From Psammoneis japonica (Eukaryota): 64,000 bases of DNA. Within the stretch, counting starts at the first letter, position 1, and every line of letters starts with the position of its first letter. The stretch spans positions 1 to 64,000 of the forward strand of contig QPGO01000143.1 of the NCBI GenBank assembly GCA_008632985.1, written 5' to 3'. The position numbers and the translations under genes were made by a program. This document shows, piece after piece, positions 14,411-24,800 of this stretch. The notes under the pieces are model-generated. The model saw only the letters and a list, made by a program, of their open reading frames with translations, was not told the DNA's origin and did no database searches.

Positions 14411-15198
14411 ACACGTCACGCGTAGTCGTAGATAGTCGTACATACAGTACCAGTAGTCGTGGCATTGATCGTAGACTGAATGACCTGGTAGTCTATCTAC
14501 TGTACGTACAGTACAGTACCTTCCGCTCTCAGAGGCCCATCTATCCTTTGCTTTCCTCTCTCACATCACAATTCACAGCACAGGCGCTACAGACGCCATA
14601 TGGGGCTACGACTAGCATAAAATGCAATATGATATAATCATTGACATATAAAAAACATTAATATGATTTATTAATGACGTATATACAAGAATGTTGAATG
14701 ACTGCATATGACTTTTTGTGTAAGATTTGTACTGTTCTACGCACTTAACGAACAAAATGCTGAGGCAATACATAGAATGACTCTTCTTAAGTACGAATTC
14801 AAATGAAGGTCATGCCCTCGCCCGCCACGCCATTTAATCAAACATACGAGCATATATGAAGTATTATTCAAAGACGGAGTTGACAAACGGATATCGACGG
14901 TTGAATGTGTAACAACTACAAAAACATCTAAATATAGTTGAAAAGTATGGACTTTTGTGAGACATTTGTATATCTAACACATGTAAAACCTGCTATTTGT
15001 TTTGGCAAGAACCGTTATCGTTAAATAAAGGGATACATAAAATCCAATACAAAATGTCTGACCGGTATAACAGGTACGTTTATGCTAGTCGTAGCCTCAT
15101 ACGTACGAGTAAGTAGGGAAAAGTATCTTGTGCCCGGTGCCCGGGATCTCCTTTTTATTTTTGATCGAGCATAAATTTGCTTCAAAGAAGAACACAAA

Positions 15199-15852
15199 AT
15201 GCCCGAGATTCAAATGACAAGTTGGTCCCTTGATTTCTCCAAGGGTCTGGACGAGATTCTCAACGACGGCGGCATCGTCCTCATTGGCGATGATCATAAC
15301 GATGGGGCCGCCTTCGATCTCGCTACGAACCTCATTGTGAACGCTGAAGGCAATGAGCATAAATATCTGCTAGTAGAATTGTCTGGAGCTCGCGCTTCGA
15401 CCACTGATAACGCATTCACAGAATTGAATGAGTGGAAAACATCTCACGCTGGCGGATTCAATTACGAAAGGTTCGAAGCTATGTTGAAGCGCGCTAAGAG
15501 TAGCCAATGGTCCATCCGCGGGATCGACATCAAAGACCCCAGTACAGTCCAAGGAATCCAAAAAAAGCGTCAAGAAACAATCGCCTTCAATCTCTATCAG
15601 TACTATCGCTTATCCCAGGGCGCCATTGTGCCCTACGGTTCCGGTCATCTCAAAGGCGTGAGAGCTTCTAATTACTCCGGGCTTCATTCCTACTTGGTTT
15701 CCCACGACAACAGGGAAGCTGTACTCCAATACGATGCCGACCTGAGTGCCATCAACGAAAATTATACCAGGCGTGTCCGCGTTGTCGCCATTCCGAAATC
15801 GTGCATGAATGCACGCACGTGCGGGGTGAATCACGACGACCTCAATAAATAA
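15199..15852 (+). CDS. Hypothetical 217-aa protein, possibly TIKI/TraB/EreA/ChaN-superfamily-like, inside the 2.2 kb repeat
   Basis: Normal-composition ORF; IVLIGDDH and PYGSGHL resemble the superfamily's GExH and VGxxH motifs (family call tentative). Confidence 0.5.
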   Translation: MPEIQMTSWSLDFSKGLDEILNDGGIVLIGDDHNDGAAFDLATNLIVNAEGNEHKYLLVELSGARASTTDNAFTELNEWKTSHAGGFNYERFEAMLKRAKSSQWSIRGIDIKDPSTVQGIQKKRQETIAFNLYQYYRLSQGAIVPYGSGHLKGVRASNYSGLHSYLVSHDNREAVLQYDADLSAINENYTRRVRVVAIPKSCMNARTCGVNHDDLNK

Positions 15853-17450
15853 TAGTTATATGACATGCACCCAAGAGAATGAAAAGCGTAACATGAGAGT
15901 ATCATTTTTTAACCATTTATCGGCTTGTTCATCCAGGGAGCTCGTAAGCCTGAACGCATGATTCCCTTACATCGACTCTACTAGAGCAGTGATTAAAGGC
16001 CTGTTCCTTGCAAGCAAAACTGCAATTTCTCGAATCCAATTGTTAGCCACGAATCAACGAGCGCTCCTCAATCGTTGTTTCTTGTTTTCGTATTTGATCG
16101 TCATCAGGTGAAACTTGCGCTCTCCTTACACTTGTAGACTTTTTCGTGCTCTGAAAGTTCAATGAACAGTCGCATTCATGATGAGAAATCCATTCACACG
16201 GACATCTCTCGCATTTACCCTCCCGCACTCCGTTTTTCTTCTTCTTCTTCTTCTTCTTCTTCTTCTGTAATTGTCCTTTCGTTCCATTCCCCGTCAGCAC
16301 CCCTGTTGCCCTGCTTGATGCACGTCAGCATTGTCAAACCAGCAATTCCAAGATGCTCTCATCAGACTCGCACAAGACTTGTTCTGGGACTGCTCCCTGG
16401 ACCAAAAAGATGCATGACTGGAACACAGAACATGCAGTGAAAAGTGAGGGTTTTGTCATAATTTCTGTCTGGCACCCAGTTGCAGAAGTTGCAACTGTTG
16501 CTGTGTAGATTGCTTGGTGCTGCTCCAGCAGTGCCAGCCAGCTCTAGCCAGAGCCCACTTTTGCACAGTCACGCGGGGGGGGGCACAGCTGCTGCTCCTG
16601 TCTGCAAAAACAAATCACAAAAAAAACCTCTCCACCGCCACATGGGCCACAAAATGGGAGTTGTCTCAGTCAACTGTGCAGGAACTCATTTGCAGTTTTC
16701 AAATGTTGGGCCACTTTTTTCACAATGCCAAAAAAGCTTGATGTCAAAATGGCGGAGGCTCCTCAGCCCTGAGCCCCCCAAATGGCATGCACTGCCTGCG
16801 AGTTGCTCCGCCATCAGCATTTGTGGGTGGCCGGGGCACAAAACAGCAGGTTTCCAATGTGCTGCATGAAGATTGTCATTTGATGTTGTCATCCAACACA
16901 CACCTCCTGACACAGTGGAGAGCTGCAAGGACCCTCAGCAGGGAGGCGTGCTCGCTCTTTCTCATCTCAGACGGTGGGCACCTTCTGCTGGGACTGGGAC
17001 CCAACCTTCTTGGATGATTGCTGGGTCAGGCCTGCATTCTAGAATGTAAGACTGAGAGCCAATGAGGTGGATTGGATGGGGCTGCCGTTGGACAGAACAA
17101 CAGCCACTTCCAAGTTGCACGCAGCCACGAGGAGTGTGCTTTGAAAACAAGCAGGGGCATGTCTGGCTCCCCAAGCTGCTGCAAAAATGTTTTTTCAGTC
17201 TGTTCATCCTTCTGCATGTGGATTGTAACTTTATAGAATGAAGAAGCTGACATGCCATCAGCAACTGCATCAGTGATGTGACCCATTGTCATTGCAAAAA
17301 GAGGGCGCGCGAGGGCATTCGATGGTGCTGGCGCTAATCTGAAATCACCTCCTCCTCGTATGACATTGTGTACATTTCTACATAATGGTGTCCTTTGTCA
17401 CTAAGTAAAATTTTGCTATGACCGGAGCGACATTTTTGAAAGATTTCGAA
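15212..17450 (+). repeat. Copy B of the ~2.2 kb direct repeat; ends unmutated, centre (~16300-17290) TpA-depleted
   Basis: Alignment with 4272-6430. Confidence 0.93.
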
Positions 17451-17601
17451 GCACTCGGGTGACGGCATCACGGCAACACTGAACACAATACGCACTCCAT
17501 AGCCCTACCTACCTCTAGAGAGCCTTACTCCATTCGAAAGGATCTCTCATGGAGCGGAACACCTATCTGCAAGCCCAAAACTCAGGCAAAAACAATCGAC
17601 A

Positions 17602-18867
17602 ATGACAACGCCATTCAGTGAAGGACAACAGGCAGCCCTGGCGATCGTTCCTGTATTTACAGGCCTTTTATCCGCCACTGGTTCCGCGAGCATCATTTAC
17701 ATTATTCTCGTCGACAGAAAAGAGAAGCTCCAGCGGACATACCACAGATTGCTGTTCGGTATGAGTATATCCGACGTTCTCAACAGTGTACGAGCCTCTT
17801 TAAGTGGCTTTCTCATGCCATCGGACACACCCGGTGTCTGGAGTGGAGCCGTTGGAAACCAAGCAACTTGTGAAGCTTTGGGCTTTTTCTCCCAACTGGG
17901 ATTTGCTACAACCGTATACTCGGGGAGTCTCGCCGTCTACTTTTTGCTGCAAATCACGGATAAAAGAGTGACGAAACTCAAGGCATGGATTGAACCGCTC
18001 ATGCATGGTCTACCCTCTGTCTTTGCGTTGTCTACATCATTTCTTGGTCTCGCCTTCAACCTCTACAATCCAGTCCCTTTGGGTATGGGTTGTTGGGTCA
18101 GCGCTTATCCAACAGGTTGTGCCGACGCTGGTTCTACCGTTGAGTGCACTCGAGGAGAGAATGCTGACTTTCTTGTATGGGTGTTTGGTGGGATCGTCAT
18201 TGTAATTGTCTTGATTCTGGTGGTCTTTTGCATGGCATACATTTACGTGACTGTCCGGAAACAGACGAAACTAGTTGAGAGACGATACTCTATGGTGAGG
18301 AGCCAGAACTCGAGGTGTTCAGCTACCATTCGACTAAAGCAGATGTCCCAACAAGCTTGGCTTTATATTGGTGCATTTTTGATGACCTACGTTTGGCCAT
18401 GTACTCTTCGGTTGATGGAGAACGATGGGAAAAGCCGGAGCTTTTTTGTGGTTTCGCTGTTTTCTGCAATATTTTATCCTCTTCAGGGTTTCATGAACTT
18501 TTTCATTTACGTCCGACCACGGTATCGGGAACTTCGTCCTCGATATCCCACTGAATCAGGCTTTCGAGTCCTTCTCCATATTTTCGCTCGCCCCGATACG
18601 TCGCGAGGGAATTCCGGCGATGGTGCCTCCACTAGTCTTCGTCGGCCAAAAGCTTCTTCTAGCCGCACAACGTCGACTGCCATCCACACAGGCTCGTTGG
18701 TGCCCAAAGCAAGTCCTAACATGGATTCGGAGTGGCACTTGTCAGTTTCTACCACGAGCGAAACACCACCGGAGCAAGCTTCCGCAAAATCGGACGAAAG
18801 ATCTGATTTTGACATTGTTGGTTCTCCTGCTGGTTCTGCAAACTCGTCTCAAGAAGATGAAAACTAG
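17602..18867 (+). CDS. 7-transmembrane GPCR-like protein (cAMP-receptor/Git3-like class)
   Basis: Seven hydrophobic segments; YHRLLFGMSISD, TCEALGF, GCWV, FYPLQGFMNFFIYVRP; Ser-rich tail. Confidence 0.9.
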   Translation: MTTPFSEGQQAALAIVPVFTGLLSATGSASIIYIILVDRKEKLQRTYHRLLFGMSISDVLNSVRASLSGFLMPSDTPGVWSGAVGNQATCEALGFFSQLGFATTVYSGSLAVYFLLQITDKRVTKLKAWIEPLMHGLPSVFALSTSFLGLAFNLYNPVPLGMGCWVSAYPTGCADAGSTVECTRGENADFLVWVFGGIVIVIVLILVVFCMAYIYVTVRKQTKLVERRYSMVRSQNSRCSATIRLKQMSQQAWLYIGAFLMTYVWPCTLRLMENDGKSRSFFVVSLFSAIFYPLQGFMNFFIYVRPRYRELRPRYPTESGFRVLLHIFARPDTSRGNSGDGASTSLRRPKASSSRTTSTAIHTGSLVPKASPNMDSEWHLSVSTTSETPPEQASAKSDERSDFDIVGSPAGSANSSQEDEN

Positions 18868-19138
18868 ACTATCTATATTGATTCAGAGAGCTGTACGGCG
18901 CATGTGAATCTATCGCAAAGCCACTTTCTCGCAACAACGTGCACTGCTGTGATTGCTAATAGGTGGAGTAGGAAACGACCGGCAAAGAGTAGCAGCATCC
19001 CAAGCCAAAAAAATTGCGACATCAACCGATAACAAATTAATCTGTAATCCTCGTGGAAGCAAGCACGAAAACTATCCTTTTGGCTTCGACTGCCTCTTGA
19101 ATGTGTTCTGGACACTGATTAACATGTCAATTTGCTCT

Positions 19139-20020
19139 TTACCATCCTTTCCTTTCAATCGACTTCTCTATCGTCTTGAACCCATCGGGATCAATCGTAG
19201 TAACGGCAACCTCCACGGTCCCATCCTCCTTTATTGCCTTTTCTGTGGTCTTTTCCGTCATCTTCTTGGATCCAACTTTTTCGGAACTGTTAAGGGCATC
19301 ACTGGACAGCTGTTCCAGTTTCCGGCGCAGCGCCTTTACAGAAGCAGTGTCCCTGGGCTTGACCTCTAGACAGCTCCTGTGATTGTGTTCTTGGGGGTTG
19401 CCTCGCTTTTGCGGATTCCAAAACAATTGCCATTCTCCACCTGTCTTCTGGCCATGACAGCACCCTCCAGAGCAGTGCCTCCAAACAAGTCCTTGGCAAC
19501 GGCACAGCTGAGGTCTCTGCCGACTCCACGGTTGCCATTGCACACAGCAAGATCCAGTTCTCCTGTCTGATGGGACCTGCTGCGGCCAACACACTGCACC
19601 TCCCAACTTGATGACCTGCCATTCCTGCAAACGTCTCCAAGGTGGAATTGTCCATGAGGAGAATGAGAATGTTGGCCAGTTGAGTGCCTGCAACAAATCC
19701 TCCTCTCACCCCACCCATTCCCACATGGCAGAGGGATCAGACCCACTTGCATTGTCATTGCACTTCATGAGGACCCCTGTGGTCCCCATGTTGCCTGTGA
19801 AGATGAAACCCTCCCACCTTGACATTCTGGATGAGGACAATGCAACATCAGCTTTGGACATTTGCAAGAAGTGCAGAAGGAGAGAAATCAGCAATTTTGG
19901 TTGTGAGAAGCAAGCAAACTCATGGGTCACCAAGAGTTGCTGGGGGTCAAGCACCTGCATCAACACATGGTTGGTGTTGTCAATCATTCCTTGCATGTTG
20001 GCACCCGTTGCTCTTGTCAC
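19139..20020 (-). pseudogene. Inverted, degraded paralog of the Ysc84/SYLF gene at 36805-37725
   Basis: MQGMIDNTNHVL, MGMGGVRGGFVAGTQLANILILLMD and KTIEKSIERKG match the + copy. The intron is retained, there are frameshifts, and homology extends into the 3' flank (18920 ~ 37950). Confidence 0.88.
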
Positions 20021-21446
20021 TTGCTTGTGTCTTAAAATTGCAATGCCATCGCATCTTGCAGATGGAACTCTGAGGCAAGTTGCACTGTGAATGGTGTGAA
20101 AAGTGAAAACCAAGTCAGAACATGGGTGAGAGAGCTCCCAACATGGGAGGTCCTGCATCCTGCTGCACAAGAGCAAAGACAGTGTGTTTTGTTTGGATTT
20201 GAGGTTTGAGGACAAGCAGGAGGTTGCACCAGTGCCACAGTTGTTCTGGCCAAGGGTTTCAAATTGGGGGGGGGGGGCACTTGCCAAGCATCTTGTCAAT
20301 GACTTCTTCATGCTGTTGAATCAGCCAGGTCTCTGCACTGTCCAAACCATCTTGGTGCATGGCATCTGGTGAGGATGGAGATGTTTGGGGTTCAACTGAG
20401 TCCACACACATGGTTTTTTTTCATGCGGGGCACCCCTTCATGCAATTGATTGTCCCAGACTTTTGCTTCTTGTGAGGAAGAGCTGCACAGGTTGCAACAA
20501 GCTTGCACAATGCATTTGTGCAACATCATGTTTTCATGCAGCCCATTTGTCATTGCAGTTGCTGCCACTGCCAAAAACAAAGCAATTTTGTGATGGGTGG
20601 GGACAAGGGCATGCCAAATCATGAAGTCACTCAGTGTTGCAGTCATTTAAAAGCAGAAAAAGTTGACCAGATGTCAAGGAGTGCAAAAAACAATTTTTCT
20701 AAAGTCTGCAATGACCAAATTACAAAAACACTGGGGTGAGTGGGAGGTCAAAGATTCCAGTGCAGTGGCAACAAAGCTGAGAGCCTTGGCAAAGAAGTGT
20801 CATCACAAAAAATGCAAGGTTCCTAAATTTTTCACTGAACGTCCTGCTTCTTGTTGACAAGTGGTGTTTGACAAGTGGCTGGACATTGTCAAGAAAATTT
20901 TGGCACCTGAGACTCAACATTGCTGGCAAAAAGTTGCTGCAGCTGTGCAGCCAACTGGCACATGCAGTGCTGTTGGTGGAGAAAATGAAAGACATGCTTG
21001 CAGAGTGATGTTGAAAGAGAAGGATGAATGCTGGCAGTGAGTGGTTTCTGTGGAAGGCAGGGTTCTGCAGAGTGAGTGCTGCCAGCTGCTGCAGCAACAC
21101 TTCTTGAAGATGAAGCCAACAACAAAATGCCAGCCTTGCAGCTTTAGAATTGCCAGGGAAGTTGAACAGCATGGCAAGATGCTGTTGAGCTCACAGCAAA
21201 CTTCTCAAGAGTGCTCTTTTCAACAAAAGATTTTTGCCTTGCATTTGACCCCCAACATTGCCAGAAGAGCTGACACACAGGGTTGGTGCAAAGTTGGTTG
21301 CTGAGAGCAGGAAAAAGAGCCTTGTTTGTGTCCATTGTTCTGCAAAACTCTTTGCACACAAGAAAGAGGCCACAGAGCCAGAGTGAAAGAAGAGGAGCAG
21401 AGGTTCACTGTGCAGAAATCACAACTCAAAATGTGCCTTGGAGCCT

Positions 21447-21750
21447 TGTCGCGGAACATGACTCAGGCGGGACTCAGATGATTGGGTCCCGTTCACGAAT
21501 GAAGAGTCACGTGGTTTCTGGTCACAAGAATCACGGCGAACCGGGATGTTTGCGATCCAGGGACGATGGTCCCCCGTGATGTTTGACGTGACGTTTGGAC
21601 GTGTTACTTTGAGTTTGACAGGACTGTAATTCAGAAGAAGTAGAAAAGTAGATTATAATTTAGCGAGAGTGAGAAAAGTGAAGACTATTAATTTTAGTTT
21701 TGTGTGCTACTGACAAGGTGTTAGTAGTATCGGCATCTGGTTGTCCAACA
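21447..21750 (+). repeat. Copia 5' LTR
   Basis: tgtcgcggaac...ttgtccaaca, matches 26921-27224. Confidence 0.97.
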
Positions 21751-21809
21751 CGATATATATCGACAGTTTGTGGCAACACTACATTCGAGAGTAGTAAGTG
21801 AGAGAAGCG

Positions 21810-24800
21810 ATGAGCAAGGAAGAACAGACCTACGAGACTTCTTTGTCGTGGAGCGGCAAGAGAGAAGACTTCGAGAATTTTTTGGTGAAATTCGAGGCAT
21901 TCGAGAGCGACCACGGTTGTGACGAAGCAACCGATGTGGATCTAGGAGATAAGCTTCTCACCAAGGCGGAATACGTGAATGGAAAGAAGAAAGTAACGCA
22001 AGCTAATGGTGCAGAGACCGAAGAAGACCTCACAAAGGAGGATAAGAGGTTGTACAAGCTGAACGCGAAATCATTTTCGAAGATCATCCGTGCGTTGCCT
22101 GAAAACTTGATCAAGGCCTGCAAGAACCAAGGTGGACCCAAGAAGTCCGTTTATTTGATCAAGGAGTACCTCAAGAAACACTACTCGGAGCAGAATGTGG
22201 TAGATGATTACCAAAACCTCTACAAGAAGAGGTTGGAGCTAGAACCTGGAGAGTTCGAGATAGCGCTGTTCTATTTCAACGAGTTGGAGGATATTAACTC
22301 CAAGTTGGGAAAGATTGATGAAAAGTATCGCTTAGATGAGCTTCAGTTGAAGACTGATATCTATTCAAAAGTCCCGGATCAAGGTAACTGGTCCTCTTTC
22401 AAGTCCGAGTATCGCAAGGACGGCGCGATGGAGAACATTGCCTACAGTGCGTTCAAGCAGCACTATGAACGGGAGTGGAAAGCTCATGGTCCACCAGGAG
22501 GATCTACTACATCTATAGATCGATCTTCTGGAGAGGATAAGACCCTAACTATGAAGGTACAGGGTAGCAAGTTTTTCCCGGGTAATTGTGGGAAGTGTGG
22601 CAAGAAAGGTCACAAGTCAAAATTTTGTCCTGACAAGAAGAACGCCAAGACGAAGAAATTCGATGGCGATTGCTTTTATTGCGGCAAGCATGGACATAGA
22701 GCGAGCGACTGCTTCAAGAAGAAGAAGGATGAAAAGGAGAAAGACGAAGAAACGAACGAGGTTACACTCGGAGTGTTCGATTCCGTCGACTTGGTTGAGG
22801 AGGGTAAGGACCCTATTCCAGACTCCTTCTTCGATACCTTCGATACTAAGCCTGCAGTTCGAGACGATGAGTTCGAGAGAGAGCTTAAGAGGTGGGATAC
22901 TCGGTCTGGACTGGGTTACGGCTACGATAGTAGCGGCGAACGCGCGCTGTCATGGTACGAATGGAGCGAGATGGCGGACGATGAGGACGAAGAAGACGAT
23001 GACGGCATGAGCATGCCGGAGCTAGAAGGTCCTTTTGTTTCTGATAAGGTCGAGGATGAAAGTATCCCGCCCTTGGAACCGCGGTATGATTCCGACAGCG
23101 ATTCGGATGATGACGAGTCATTAGAGCTGATCGGCTCTCAACGCAAGTGCTCCAACTGTGACGGGCCTGGACATGTCTATCGAGGCTATCGCACAACGAA
23201 GAAAGTTCAAGACGAGGACAAGGGAGACGAGGAAGACAGTATCCCGCCCTTAGTATCTCGTGGCGGTTATGATAGCGACTCGAGCGATGACGAGTCGGTT
23301 GAATTCGAGGTTGTTTGCTCGTATTGCGGACAGCCTGGACACGAATTCTGCACTCCTTTCCAAGAGTTTTGGAATAACCCGGATGAAGAGAGCGATGATG
23401 ACAGTATTCCGACTCTAGAGAGTGGTATGGACTCGGATAGTGATTCAGAGTCCGAGTTTGATTACGATTCGGACGACGACTATGACGAAACACTGATGTC
23501 CGGTGCGCAGTATGAACCAGAACGTGGCGGTGTAAGGCTACTATTGGACTCTGGCTCGACAGCACATACAAAGAGGTCTGCTGAAGGGATGCGGAACCTC
23601 AGGGAAGTGAACAAAGTCATGAAGGACGCACACGACGGGAGTTCGGTAGCGAAGCTCCAAGGAGATTTTCCATTTACGCGTCAGAATGGGGACGGTACAG
23701 TAGTTATTACTGAGATGTACGTCCAGCCAAATTTTTCACATAACATTGTGAGTCTGACGAAGCTATTTGAGAAAAATTGCAAGCTGAGTCCGACGACTGA
23801 TCCCAAACGAGCCATTGTTCTCGAGTGCCCTGATGGCACGGAATTAATTTTCGAAAAATCAGCGAAAGATGGGCTGTTTTATATGGAAGTTGACTCGCTG
23901 ACGGATGTGTCCGAAATGACCGCAGACGTTTCCGATGGACAGAAATCTGGACAAAAAGAGTCGGACAAGAAAGTCCATGTTAACCGCGCACACATTTTGC
24001 TGAACCACATGGGGGAACGCGCGATGAAAATGGCGGCAGCAGATCTCGGTTGGAAATTGACCGGTGTGCCGAAGACTTGCGAGTTCTGTGTCAAGGCAAA
24101 GGCTACAGCAAAGCCAACCGTGAAGGCTAGCGATAAGAAAGCGACCAAGCCTGGTCAGCGGCTCTACCTAGACACGTCAGGACCATGCAAAGCGACGCGC
24201 GGCAAGAATCGACATCATGTGATGATGGTCGATCAACTTACAGATCGACTTTGGTCGATGTTCCAAGCGAAGAAAAATGGTTTTACGGACGATGTCAAAG
24301 CTTTATTGACTAAGCTGAAGGGTCAGGGGCACCCAGTCGAGTTCTTACGGATCGACAACGCTCCGGAATGGGGTGCACTCAAGCCAATTTGTGATGAGCA
24401 TGGGATCACGATCGAGCACACCTCCCCTGATGCTCCGCAGTTCAACGCGGCAGTCAAGAGAGCGTTCCCAACAGTGCGTAATGTGGCACACGCGGTGCTG
24501 AAAGCATCCGATTTCGACGACGCAGAGCAAAGTCGGCAATGGGCGAATGCGCTGCAGGACTGCACCATCGTTCGTAACTTGGTCCCACGTGGGGACTGGA
24601 GCAATGCTTGTGAACCATTTGGAGAAAAGCCACCCGTAAAAGCCGAAGACCTGGTAGAGTTTGGCGCAAAGGGGTGGATGGCCAAGAGAAACAAGATCAT
24701 GGCCAAGTTTCAAGATCGTGCCGAGGAGGTTCGTCGCGCAGGATACGCTGAGAATCACTCGAGCGATGCGTACATTGTTCAAAAGTTGTCAAATCGTCGT

